NCBI GenBank assembly: GCA_965112155.1
Contig: OZ218105.1
DNA from: Podarcis liolepis
Taxonomy: Eukaryota
DNA length: 64,000 nucleotides
Reading direction: 5' to 3' (one strand)
The notes beneath the pieces are model-generated. The model was not told where the DNA came from. It searched no databases and saw only the letters and a program-made list of their open reading frames with translations. This document shows, in pieces, positions 33,699 through 45,427 of the stretch; the first letter of the stretch is position 1, and every line of letters starts with the position of its first letter. Both the position numbers and the translations under genes were made by a program.

Positions 33699-36600
33699 AA
33701 CAATGCAATGGCGTTATGAAAACCAAAAGTTTTTCCAGAATAAGAGCTGGTAAATATGAGCATCTATGTGGAGATGCAAGAGAACAGCCACCCCAATGGA
33801 ACATAAACTCCATATTCTAGCATCTTTAGCACCTGAGATATGAAATACAGTAAAAAATATATTTTTCTCCTTTTGATGATGATGACAATTTGGTGAGAAA
33901 TTATAGTATTATCACCCTATTGTTACTTCCACGAATTCCTGCAGATACAATATGAGCTGTATGACTTGTGTCCAGCTAAGTCATTCACAGTGTACACACA
34001 ATGAAATCAATGCGCATGATTTTTTTAAATTTATTTTTTACATCCATTGATCTCTTTGAGTTCCACTTAGTTGAATAAAATCCTTAGAACCTTGTTCCTG
34101 CTCCCAAAATTATTATGTCATGTTTTACATTTCTTAGGCTACTAAAACCTCCTAATGTTTTTTCCCCCAACCCCCCCCCCTCCACCACAGCCTAACCTAC
34201 AGTACCCACAAGGCTGCTGGGAGGATAAAATGTGAAGCAGGAGAACTATGTCGACCACATCGAACAACTTTTATATTATTAATGTAAAAATAAATAAATA
34301 AAATCAGTCTATCTGCTAAAAAGGGAAAGAGAGGCTTGGAATGAAGGAGAGTTCCCAGCCATGATGACTGACTGATGAATATACACATTTGAATATGAAG
34401 TTTCCATTCATCTGTAAATGTTCTGTTCCTCTTTGATTCTTCAAAAGGCATTTCATTGGAACAAACGTCATGTCCTACAAGCAACTCCCCCTCTTCCTCT
34501 AAAGTATACGCCACACACACGTTCTTCCAGACATGTTAGCATTCTGTATTATTAAGGTTTCCCTGACCATTCAGTCCTTTCAGTTCCTCACAGAAGATGA
34601 ATATGTGCTTTTCAATATAAAGTTTGCATTCATCTGTAAACATAGGCATGTGAGGAAGAGTCACTGTTACTTTCTACTCATTGAACTGGGTTCCATCTTC
34701 CTAATGAGATATATGAAAGTAGAAGCCCAGTACAAAATGTTGCACAGATTAGTAAAACAGTTCAGTGCCCCACACAAACCCTCTATTCTTTCTCTCTCTT
34801 GCTTCCCTTCCCCATTCTTTCTCTAGTCCCCTCTTTCCCAGCTGAACGTTCTCTATAGCTGGGGCCCAGAGAGGAACCTCTGTGTCAGATCTTATCCCCA
34901 GTCAGTTGGGTCTCCCACCTTGTGACACCTGGCATATCTGCACACACAGAGTTCAGTCAACACAGGACACTCCGATCAGCCATGGACAGAAATACAGTAG
35001 GACACTTGCCATAATGCATATACTTAATATAGATGTTTATATTGATATTTATACTTTATGTATGAATCTCATAATGTAAGATAATAAAGATCTTGTAGAA
35101 CACAATGAGAGACAAGTTTCTAAATACTTCGTGATCCATCATGTGGTGTGGAAGTTGTTTATAGGAAATGATATTTGTTCCAATGAAATGTCATATAGGA
35201 ACAGACCAAACTTCAGTTCCATCCTGAACATCTCAACATGCACCCGTGGAATTGATTTATGATGTATGACAGCTGATTACCCTCAACGGCATTTTTGCAG
35301 GTTTCTGAATACAATGGGAGACAATACTACTTCAGTCTCAGGTGGTTGCTGTGACTAGCAGAATCTTTTTCTATCTCTTTTAGGCACCAGGTATTTCTGG
35401 GGTGTTTTACAACACAATCCTAACCAAGTCTAATCAGAGGAAAGTACTATTCAATTGAATGATGCTTATTCCTAGGTAAGTGGGGTTAGGATTGCAGCCC
35501 TAGTCATCATCATATGCTGTGGTCCAAGAATGCTGCCTGGACACTAACCCTCTTCCCCACTTCTGGGTTCTCTAGCACATGCTTGTTGGCTCAGGGGATA
35601 GGACCAGGTTGCTTCTTTAATTTGTGCTGAGGGTGTGGAGAATGCAGGGAACAGCAAGAGTCTCTTCCAAGCAATGGTAAAGACTTCTGATGTGCTTGAT
35701 CTTACACCAGTCTGGTGGGAACTCAGGTTACAGGGTCTGTGCACGGCTGAGTGTTCTGTTCAGTAGATCTTACAGCACAATCTTAACCGTGTCCTGCACT
35801 TGCAGGAAGGCACTATACAAAACATATGTTGCCAAGTTTCAAAGTATAAGCCATAGAACTTAATGTCTCCACTCCTCATTTCTCATTATAATGGTGGGAT
35901 GTGATTCAGTCAAATCAGCCTTGACTAAGTTGCCACAGTTATGAACATAAAGCATGTTTTCATCTCCTTCCCCCTTCGCTTTTCTGTCCCTCACTCAGCC
36001 ACACTCTGTCAGTGTCTAACTGATCCTCTTCACCTGAAACTCACTTACTAACTGCACAAATGTCCCTCCACCTGACCATCTCTTTCAGGGTGGGGACACC
36101 ATAATGAAATCCTATTGGCTAACATTGGACCAAAAAAGCATTTTAAATAAAATAAAAACCTATGAATATGTTTCACTACCATTAGATTAAAACACATACT
36201 AGACTTTCCTGCTGACCTAAGTCAGCAGGCCATTTTGCAAAAGATACAGTCCAAAAGAGAAACCTTTCCAGAAAAAGCCCCCCCAGTGAAGTAGATGGAA
36301 GAAAATGCACAGCACCTGCCAATTTGCCACCCTCATTACACAAACAACTCATTCAAAACAAGCCATTCCTAATCATTTCTATCCTAGGTTTGGTATGGAC
36401 CATCCTCAAAGGTACTTCTTTACAACACCAGGTTTCAAGTTGGTCTGTTGAACCATTTTGCAACTATAAACTGCAGAACCTGGTTCTTAAATCAAAGGGC
36501 TTGTTGTTCAGTGGTAAAAGAACTGCTCTGCATACAAAACATGCCAGCTTCAAACCCTGGCATCCTCAGGTAGGTCTGAAAAGATACCTGTCTGAAATCC

Positions 36601-37445
36601 TGGAGAGCTGCTGCCAGACATTCCTGAGATAGATGGACCAAAGTTTTGACTCATTGAAAGACAGATTTCTATATTGCTTCTTACGTTCCCCTGTCCCACA
36701 TTGTTCATTATACAGTAATGGCAGATTACATGTCAGCTTGCTTGCCCTTAACATATTAGCTGTTCAAATTATAAAGCAGAGAACTATGAGAGCCCAGATT
36801 TGTTTGCTCAAATTGTTTAAAAGGCCTGGATAAATAAAAAGGTCATCTAACACTGAAAAGGGTACTCAGTGATTCTAGGCAATTCCACAGGTGGGTGCCA
36901 CCAGCAAGAAGACCCTCTAAATAATGTCATGTATATAACTGGGAAGCCTGCTCTAATCAGGGCTCCCGTGTGCAGGTACTTCAGCAGCTGCAGCTACAGG
37001 TATGTCGTCCACACCTTGGAGGTATGTATATTGTGGGACACATTGGTGTATCTGCAGTGGCTATGATGTTCTGAGCGAGTTTTAATATGCAGAAAGTCCA
37101 AAGACAGAGGACCTAAATAGCAGGAGGGCTGAAGGAAAGAATCTGAACTCAACAATGGGCTGGGAAGAGGTGGCCTGCCTGAGAAATGGAAGGGGGGTAG
37201 AAGAGAGGAGGAGAGAGGAAACATGAAATGGAGATGATGGACCAGCGATGAAGACAGAGGGAAAAGAGAAAAAAAGTTTCATACAGACTTGAAATAAACA
37301 AATGATTTTTAAACTGAAGCATGCTCTAAAATGTCAAAATATATTGTCAATAAATTTCAAAAGCAATACGAGAACATCTGATATGCCTAATTACCAAGCA
37401 AAAAGAATTTTCATTGTCAAAGTGACTAACTGCTGTAATTGGAAA

Positions 37446-39875
37446 TTATTTCACCTTTTCCTCTGATTCTTCTTTCCCCGCCTGGCCAGGAATATCTTCG
37501 GAAGCAGACGGAGGGGTCTGGTTCACATTGAGGTTTGGGTCCCCCACAGAAAAAACAGGAATGAGGGGCCTGAGGAACCTGAACTCGCTGCTCCAGGACC
37601 CACCGGTTAAGCAAACATCGTAGTGGTAACTCCTGGAAAGAGACCCGCTCTGAGAATCGCCACAATTCTCTGGGATGTCGGGTCTGGCAGGTGGGAAGTG
37701 AGGAGGGGCAGCGATAAAACTTTCCCTGGGATCCCTCCTGCAGATCTTGATGGCAGCAAAGGAAACAATGCAAACGAGGAACACAAAGGAGACAGCAGCC
37801 AGGCAGATCACCAAATACAAGGTCAAGGTCCCATCTTCTTCGTGCTCCTCTTTCCTGACCTCCACAGCCTTCATATAAGGATCCGAAAAGCCACCCACGG
37901 GAAGGACATGGAGCATGGCAGTGCTGCTCTGGGGAGGGAGCCCGTTGTCCCTGACCACTATCAGGAGTCTCTGCTTGCTGGTGTCTCGCTCGCTCAGGGC
38001 TCTCCTGGTTCTCACTTCTCCATTCTGGGCTCCTATGCTGAAAAGACCAGGGTCTGTGGCCTTCAGCAGCTCATAGGAAAGCCACGAGTTCTGGCCAGAA
38101 TCTCCATCCACAGCCACCACCTTGGTGACCAGGTAGCCGGCCTCCACCGACTTGGGCACCAGCTCATTGCAGGGGGATGTGCTGTTCTGAAGAGGGTAGA
38201 GGAAGAAGGGAGCGTTGTCGTTTTCGTCTATGATTACGACTCGAACAGTAACTTCTGAGCTGAGGGAAGGAGACCCTCCATCTGTAGCCCTCACCGTCAC
38301 TTTGAAATCTTTGATCTGCTCGTAATCCAGAGATCGGAGGGCATACAGATTTCCGCTTTCGGAGTTGACCGAGATGTAAGAGGCCACAAGGCCATCAGTG
38401 ACCTTCCCAGGCAAAAGGGAGTAGGTGACCTTGGCATTCTTCTCGGTGTCCAGATCAGCAGCATGGACTGAGCCAATGAGCAGTCCTGGAATATTGTTTT
38501 CCCGTATCTGCATTTCACATGAAGACTTTTCAAATACTGGAGGGTTGTCATTGACATCTGAGATCTGAACATTAATAATTCTTGTTGAAGTGAGCCTGGG
38601 GGAGCCTTGGTCTACGGCTGTGATGGTGACATTATGCTCTGAGACCTTCTCTCTGTCCAAGGGACTTTGGACCAGAAGCTGGTAATAGTTATTCATAGTG
38701 GATTTTAACATAAAAGGAAGGTTTGCCTCCACAGAGCACATTGTTCTGCCATTATCACCAGAGTCTCGGTCTATGACAGTGAAGAGAGCCACAAGTGTCT
38801 CCAGGGGAGAATCCTCTGCCAAAGGACTAGTGATGGATATGATGGACACTTCAGGGACATTGTCATTCACGTCTTCAACATCTACCAGGACCTTGCAGTG
38901 CCCTGAAAGACCCCCTCCATCTGTTGCTCTGATGCTCATGTCATAGCTGGTTTCTTTTTCATAATCAAGCTGACCAGAAAGAGTCATTTCCCCAGTGTTT
39001 TCATTTAGGTGAAATAGATCATATATTTCTTTTGGTACCCGGTTAAATGAATAGGCGATCTGAGCATTTGAGCCAAAATCCAAATCTGTAGCTTCCACTT
39101 TGAAGACCAGAGTACCCTGCGGACTGTTTTCCTTTAACCTTACTTTATATTCTGAATGAGTAAACTGTGGGGAATTGTCATTGATGTCAAGAACATCAAT
39201 ATTTATTTTAACTGTGCCTGTTCTCTGTGGCTCCCCTCCATCCATAGCTGTGAGAGTCAGTCCAAAGTATGAGTCCTTCTCCCTGTCCAGTGGCTTCTGC
39301 AGAACAAGATCCACATATTTCCTTCCATTTTTGTTGCTCTCCATGCTAAGCATGAAATGTTCATTGGGACTGAGAGTGTAGTTTTGGATGTTATTCATTC
39401 CCAGGTCCTCATCTTGGGCAAATTCCAAGGGGAAATGAGTATTTGGAGGGACATTCTCAGGAATTTCCAGATCAAATGCCTTTTTAGAGAATTTGGGGAT
39501 ATTATCATTCACATCTTCTATCTTGATTTCAATACTGAAGATCTTTAAGGGATTTTGCAACACAATTTCAGTGTGTAACAAGCAAGGATCAGTCTGGCCA
39601 CATAATGCTTCTCGGTCTATTTTATCATTTATCAACAAATTCCCAGAGTGAGTATTAAGTTGGAAATATTGCTTAGTGTCTTTGGACACTAGCTGGGCTC
39701 TGCGAGCAGAGAGCTCCCCTGTTCCGAGTTTCAAATCCTCCAGCACATTAGCCACCAAAGACCCCCTTTTCTTTTCTTCAGGCACAGAATAGTGAAGTGA
39801 TATACTCAGTGCTCCAGGAAGACAAAGGAAAAGCAAAAAATACAGACCTTGTTCCTTTCTGTAGCCGTCTCCCAT
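37446..39875 (-). CDS. PCDHB: Clustered protocadherin, beta-type, subfamily A (gene 7)
   Basis: 809-aa ORF; donor AAG|GTGAAA at 37455/37454. Confidence 0.93.
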   Translation of the reverse strand: MGDGYRKEQGLYFLLFLCLPGALSISLHYSVPEEKKRGSLVANVLEDLKLGTGELSARRAQLVSKDTKQYFQLNTHSGNLLINDKIDREALCGQTDPCLLHTEIVLQNPLKIFSIEIKIEDVNDNIPKFSKKAFDLEIPENVPPNTHFPLEFAQDEDLGMNNIQNYTLSPNEHFMLSMESNKNGRKYVDLVLQKPLDREKDSYFGLTLTAMDGGEPQRTGTVKINIDVLDINDNSPQFTHSEYKVRLKENSPQGTLVFKVEATDLDFGSNAQIAYSFNRVPKEIYDLFHLNENTGEMTLSGQLDYEKETSYDMSIRATDGGGLSGHCKVLVDVEDVNDNVPEVSIISITSPLAEDSPLETLVALFTVIDRDSGDNGRTMCSVEANLPFMLKSTMNNYYQLLVQSPLDREKVSEHNVTITAVDQGSPRLTSTRIINVQISDVNDNPPVFEKSSCEMQIRENNIPGLLIGSVHAADLDTEKNAKVTYSLLPGKVTDGLVASYISVNSESGNLYALRSLDYEQIKDFKVTVRATDGGSPSLSSEVTVRVVIIDENDNAPFFLYPLQNSTSPCNELVPKSVEAGYLVTKVVAVDGDSGQNSWLSYELLKATDPGLFSIGAQNGEVRTRRALSERDTSKQRLLIVVRDNGLPPQSSTAMLHVLPVGGFSDPYMKAVEVRKEEHEEDGTLTLYLVICLAAVSFVFLVCIVSFAAIKICRRDPRESFIAAPPHFPPARPDIPENCGDSQSGSLSRSYHYDVCLTGGSWSSEFRFLRPLIPVFSVGDPNLNVNQTPPSASEDIPGQAGKEESEEKVK

Positions 39876-40105
39876 GGCTCAAGAATCTCTGGCCAAAAGA
39901 TGAAGTTTCTGACAGTCATCCAATGATAATCTCTGCTGCTGTAGAAAGGAATTTGATGCTGCCGTGTTGATGGCTTTGCTGTGCTCTATGTTATCTCTTT
40001 ATTGCGTATGAAAGTCACCCGTCCTTTGTTCCAGCCACCTTTTTGCTCATGGCTTCCTGTGAGTTCCTTCACCAAATTCTGAATTCCAGTTCATGTCTTT
40101 GCCTG

Positions 40106-40124
40106 TACTACCACCGTGTGGCTG
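40106..40124 (-). promoter_or_regulatory. CSE / CTCF-type motif, gene 7
   Basis: CAGCCACACGGTGGTAGTA. Confidence 0.75.
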
Positions 40125-40966
40125 AGCAAAGAAAAGCCACTAAGATCCAGTAAATAACACTGAATGCAGTGCACATTATACTGAACAGGAAACGTTCAGA
40201 TTCACTGTTTCTCTGTTCATAAAAGATTGTTTTATTACTAGGAAGATGCCTCTTTTCCATATGAATAAATGCAGATATCACAAAATTACCTTCTATAGTT
40301 CTTCTACATTGTTGTTCATGAGATTCAATCTAATACGCGGAAATTCAAGATGCACAGCACTTATGGTGCTCTTGTGGAACAATCTCCCTCCCTGGCCCTC
40401 AATCAAACAGTTTGCAGTGAGGAAAAAGACACGAAAATACCTTGGAAAGTGTATGATAACTTTTGCTTGATGCCTTATGGCCTGCACACAGAGAATGTAG
40501 CAGGCTATTAATATGTATATATCGATTACAACATGGGAGTGCATTACATTGATTTTTTGTATTTTTTTCTTATACACAGCATTGTTCTTCTTTTTCCTCA
40601 TTCCCATCTTTCTTTCTTTGTATCACTTTATTTCTTTTTTTAAAAAAAGTAGTAAACTGGTCATCTGAAAGCAACCTGTATCTCAGCTTTTGAGTGACAC
40701 CCCCTCCCATTCAGAGTGTTTAAAGGGGTTATGAAGTTATTCGATAGCACATCAAACCACAAAAATATTAATATGAAAGTGTATATTCCTCTATGCAAGG
40801 ACAGAAACAACAATATCAGAATACAAGGACACAGGTAAACTGAGCAGAATTTTTAAAGAAGAATTTCAAACCCGCATTCATATTTTGTGCACTCTGCTGA
40901 ATTCAGGCTACCACCTCACAGATACAAGGGGAGCAAACTAGAGAGAGAAAATGAAATTAAACCATA

Positions 40967-43417
40967 CTAAAAGGATTCAAATGCTGAACTCACCTGGATA
41001 ATGTTTTGACTTTCACCTGCATGACTGGGGACACCTTCAGAATCATTGGAACTCCTTGGATTCACCTGAGTGTTAGGAGGCTCCACAGAGAAAACAGGAA
41101 ACAGGGGCCTGAGAAACCTGAACTCGCTGTTCAGAGACCCACCAGCTAAGCACACCTCATAGTTGTAAGCCTGGGATAGAGATCCAGCACCAGAATCCGC
41201 AGAGTTCTCCTGGGAATCAGGTCCCACCGGGAAATTGGCTGCAGAGTTGTAGGTTCCTATGAACTTTTCACGTTTCTGCAACTTGATTACAACAAAGGCC
41301 ACCACAGAAATGAGAAAGATGCTTGAGATGGCAGCCAAGCAGATGATCAAATACATCGTCAGGCTGGGGTCTTCCTCCTCCGCTGTTTCCTCCTTTGGGA
41401 GAGCCACACTTTTCAGATAAGGGTCAGAGAAGCCGTCCACTAGGAGGATTCTGAGCGTGGCAGAGGTGGACTGGGGAGGATGGCCGTTGTCTCGGACCAC
41501 CACAATCAGATTCTGCTTGAAGCTGTCTCGGTTGCTGACCGGCCTCAGGGTGGTCACTTCTCCATTCTGGGCCCCCACCGTGAACAGACCCGGCTCTGTG
41601 GCCTTCAGCAGCTGGTAGGAAAGCCAAGAGTTCTGGCCAGAATCCCTGTCCACAGCCACCACCTTGGTGACCAGGTAGCCAGTCTCTGCCCCTCGGGGAA
41701 CCAGGTCATTCGAGGGGGAAGTGCCATTCTGGAGAGGGTAGAGGAAGAAGGGGGCATTGTCATTTTCATCCACGACCTGAACGCGGATGGGAACTTCTGA
41801 GCTCAGTGGAGGGGAACCTGAATCCACAGCCCTCACCGTCACCTGGAAATCTTGTACTTCCTCATAATCCAGAGACCGGATGGCATACAGGTTCCCCGTT
41901 TCAGAGTTGATGGAGATGTAAGAGGATGTGGGGCCATCATTGACCTTCCCAGGCAAAAGCGAGTAGGTCACTTTGGCATTCTGCGCTGTATCCAGATCAA
42001 CAGCATGGACCGATTTGATCAGAAGACCAGGAATATTGTTTTCTCTTAACTGCATTTGATAGAACGGCTTTTCAAACATTGGAGGGTTGTCATTGACATC
42101 TGACACTTCAACATGAAGTATTCTTGTGGAAGTGAGTCTAGGGGAGCCCCTGTCCATGGCTGTGATGGTGATGTTATATTCAGAGGCTTGTTCTCTGTCC
42201 AGTGGTTGTTGGGTCACCAGCTGGTAATAGTTGTTCTCTGTGGGTTTGAGCACAAATGGCAGGTTGACTTCAGTGGTGCAGGCAGTTCTGCCACTGTCTC
42301 CAGAGTCCACATCTGTGACACTGAAGAGGGCCACCAATGTGTCTGGGGGAGAGTCCTCAGGTAAGGGACTGGTGTTGGAAGTGATGGTAATCTCTGGAGC
42401 ATTGTCATTCTCATCCTCAATCTCTACAATGACTTTACAATAAGCAGAAAGGCCCCCTCCATCTGTAGCTCTGATTTTCATCTCGTAATTTGTGCTTTCT
42501 TCATAATCAATTGTCCCTGTAACAGTAAGTTCTCCAGTGTGTTTATTTAACTTGAACAATCTCAACACATTTTCTGATACTTGGCTGAAATAGTAAGTGA
42601 TGTGAGCATTGGAACCAAAATCCCTGTCGGTGGCTTCAACTTTTACAACTAGCGTATCCAATGGGCTGTTTTCCATTAGTGTCACTTTGTACATAGATTG
42701 TTCAAATTGAGGTAAATTATCATTAGCATCCAGAACATCAATGATTATTTGAGTTGTTCCAGTTCTTTTTGGGATTCCTCCATCAACTGCTGACAGAATA
42801 AGGGAAATCTGTGGATTCACCTCGCGGTCTAGCGGTTTCTCTAACACCAGTTCTGCATAGTTGGTACCATCACTGTGACTTTGCACATCCAGCCTAAAAT
42901 GTTCATTGGGACTAAGGGTATAGTTCTGAACAGCATTTTTTCCTTTGTCTGGGTCTTCTGCTCTTTCCAAAGGGAATTTGATATCCACAGGGGTCTGCTC
43001 AGGTATTTCAAGAAGGAATTGATTTTTAGAGAATTTGGGGAAATTATCATTCACGTCCTCTATCTGAACTTCAATTCTGTGTAGCTGCCATGGATTTTCC
43101 AGCAAGATTTCAGAGAATAGAAGACAAGGATCATTCTGACCACACAGGGACTCTCGATCTATTTTGTCCTTTAATATCAGATTCCCAGAATGTGGATCCA
43201 GCTGGAAATACTGCTTGGAGCTCTTAGAAACCAGCCGGGCTCTCCGAGCAGACAGCTCCTTTGCATCCACTTTCAAATCCTTCAGCACATTCGCTACCAG
43301 AGACCCACTTTTCTCCTCCTCTGGCACTGAATAGCGGAAAGACTCACACATTGCTATGCATGCACAGAGATATAAGGAAATAAACATAACTTGCCTGAGG
43401 TTGAGAAGTATTTCCAT
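40967..43417 (-). CDS. PCDHB: Clustered protocadherin, beta-type, subfamily B with divergent 5' end (gene 8)
   Basis: 816-aa ORF, full architecture; donor CAG|GTGAGT at 40994/40993. Confidence 0.93.
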   Translation of the reverse strand: MEILLNLRQVMFISLYLCACIAMCESFRYSVPEEEKSGSLVANVLKDLKVDAKELSARRARLVSKSSKQYFQLDPHSGNLILKDKIDRESLCGQNDPCLLFSEILLENPWQLHRIEVQIEDVNDNFPKFSKNQFLLEIPEQTPVDIKFPLERAEDPDKGKNAVQNYTLSPNEHFRLDVQSHSDGTNYAELVLEKPLDREVNPQISLILSAVDGGIPKRTGTTQIIIDVLDANDNLPQFEQSMYKVTLMENSPLDTLVVKVEATDRDFGSNAHITYYFSQVSENVLRLFKLNKHTGELTVTGTIDYEESTNYEMKIRATDGGGLSAYCKVIVEIEDENDNAPEITITSNTSPLPEDSPPDTLVALFSVTDVDSGDSGRTACTTEVNLPFVLKPTENNYYQLVTQQPLDREQASEYNITITAMDRGSPRLTSTRILHVEVSDVNDNPPMFEKPFYQMQLRENNIPGLLIKSVHAVDLDTAQNAKVTYSLLPGKVNDGPTSSYISINSETGNLYAIRSLDYEEVQDFQVTVRAVDSGSPPLSSEVPIRVQVVDENDNAPFFLYPLQNGTSPSNDLVPRGAETGYLVTKVVAVDRDSGQNSWLSYQLLKATEPGLFTVGAQNGEVTTLRPVSNRDSFKQNLIVVVRDNGHPPQSTSATLRILLVDGFSDPYLKSVALPKEETAEEEDPSLTMYLIICLAAISSIFLISVVAFVVIKLQKREKFIGTYNSAANFPVGPDSQENSADSGAGSLSQAYNYEVCLAGGSLNSEFRFLRPLFPVFSVEPPNTQVNPRSSNDSEGVPSHAGESQNIIQVSSAFESF

Positions 43418-43695
43418 TCCCCCAGCTTCACCTCCAGTCAGATCTGAAATGCAGGGTGATTCTTTCTAACACAACTGCCACAGTTGATTGTCCAGTGTAT
43501 GTTTGCAAGACAAATCCTTTATCCTGTATTTAAATCTAGAAATGGTTGTGGTCCCTTTTCCACCCACAATTTCTAAATATTTGCTTGTAATGAAGATTGT
43601 GTGGTGTCTTTCTCCTTGAGATTCCTTTGTCTCGCGGACACAGGCCTTCTGGAGAACAGTTTCTGGTCCTTGACTATTTCTTTTGTGTTGTGTAA

Positions 43696-43714
43696 TAGCA
43701 CCACCTTGTGCTTG
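43696..43714 (-). promoter_or_regulatory. CSE / CTCF-type motif, gene 8
   Basis: CAAGCACAAGGTGGTGCTA (TGCT in place of CGCT), conserved in an otherwise diverged promoter. Confidence 0.72.
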
Positions 43715-43841
43715 AAGTATGGTACATCTCCCATAAATGGTTCTGTAGGTTTGCAATGCTTAATATATTTCTTGCGTATTATCATAGACATATCAAAATC
43801 CATTGAGGTACTCATTAATGATTGTCACTTTTCCTGCTGTT

Positions 43842-43930
43842 GAGTCTTGTGGCACCTTAAACACTAACAAGTTTTATTATGTCATGAGTCCTTGTGGACT
43901 AAAGTCTTCTTCATTAGATGCATGAAGTAT
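43842..43930 (-). mobile_element. Degenerate Penelope-like terminal-repeat fragment with decayed hammerhead core
   Basis: Resembles reptile PLE repeats as recalled; minus strand TGCAT-CTAATGA-stemII-CAAGG occupies the positions of CUGAUGA…CGAAA. Confidence 0.55.
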
Positions 43931-44208
43931 AATCCTCAGCTGCAGGTATCTGTACAGTTGTTCAGAGAGGAGGTGCATTTTCATAATGCGATTCATACAG
44001 GTTGGACCTCCAGCAAATATTTTTCCTTTCCCTGGCTGTCTTTTTCCTCCCTCCTCTGGCTCAGTCCTCCACACCCACTTCTATGTCTCCCATTTCTTTT
44101 CTTCAGTTTGCTGTGGAGCATGTCCTGCTACACCTCAGCTACCATATCCACTTTCTGGTTCACTTTTCACCTCCTCCTGCCTGGCAACTGCTGTCATTCC
44201 TGCATCGA

Positions 44209-44505
44209 CAGGGAGCCTGCGTGGTGTAGTGGTTAAGAGCAGTGGACTCGTAATCTGGTGAACCGGGTTCACTTCCCCGCTCCTCCACATGCAGCTGCTG
44301 GGTGACCTTGGGCTAGTCAAACTTCTCTGAAGTCTCTCAGCCTCACTCACCTCACAGAGTGTTTGTTGTGGGGGAGGAAGGGAAAAGGAGATTGTTAGCC
44401 GCTTTGAGACACCTTAAGGGGAGTGAAAGGTGGGATATCAAGTCCAAACTCTTCTTCTTCCTCCTCCTCCTCCTCCTCCTCATCATCATCTTCATCTTCT
44501 CTTCC
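44209..44505 (+). mobile_element. tRNA-headed, MIR/Ther1-derived SINE (Squam3-like) with (CTT/CCT)n tail
   Basis: A box TGGTGTAGTGG, B-box-like GGTTCACTTCC, MIR-core-like CTGGGTGACCTTGGGCTAGTCA, simple-repeat tail. Family name is from recall. Confidence 0.75.
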
Positions 44506-45427
44506 TTCTCTCCTACCTCTTGGTAGCTTCTTCCGGCTGCATCACCTCTCCTGGGTGCTCATTGGCTTCCCACCCCCTGTTTCCTAATATCATTGCCCCC
44601 CGCTCTGGCTCCTCAGGGTTCCACTTCTCACTTCCCAGACAGACACCTGTGCTGTGCCTTTTTGAAATATCCTGTGCAAGCTCTGGTATGGCAACAACTG
44701 AGGGCATGCAGTGTAGTCGTGGACAGTTTTACTGGGGGAGAGTGAGGAAATTCCCCCTCCCCCATTTCTCTCTCTTTTTAAAAACCTTCTGTTTACTGCA
44801 CAGATCTCCTGGGTGCACAGACTCCCCTCTTCTTTGTGGAAAGTGCTGCCTTGGCTACATTCTGATTGGCACTCTCACCTGAACTTCAGAAACAGGGGGA
44901 AATGCACAATGCTTGATGCTTGATGCTCCATAAGTAATTTAAAGATAACCAGCAAACCGTTGTGTCTTCTGTAGGTGGTAGGACATTGCAGGAAGTGGGT
45001 AGAGTCGCTTCATGTTTTCCTACTACAAGGGTGGCCAAACTGCAGCTCAGGAATGACAAGTGGCCCTTTGGGAGGTTCAGTTGCAACTTTGAAGCCAACC
45101 AAGGAGTTCATGCATTCTGTAGCTCCCAGCTTCCTGTCGGAGATCCTGACACACTTTGCCAAACTGATACCCTCCAGATCTGTTGGACAACAACTCCTAT
45201 CATCACTAGCCAGCCTGCTTGGTTCTCAGGAGACAACTGTGGCCAGGAACATTCTCCTCCCTATCTATTTTAGACACGAGCTGTTCCTGGGAAGCAATGT
45301 TTTAACCACTATCAAAAATGACATCTACAGCTACTGGCTTGGCATACTAGATACCTATTAAGTGCAGTTGCACTTTCCCTTCTTCTGGGTTCTCTAGCAT
45401 CTGCAGATGGCTCAGGGCAGAGGCAGG

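Larger units (their letters stand above)
1..43400. repeat. Recent tandem segmental duplication array (~10 kb A+B unit)
   Basis: Genes and spacers recur at high identity (e.g. 7364-11308 vs 33468-37445; 1-1349 vs 24335-26638; 3780-4879 vs 39876-40966). Confidence 0.95.
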
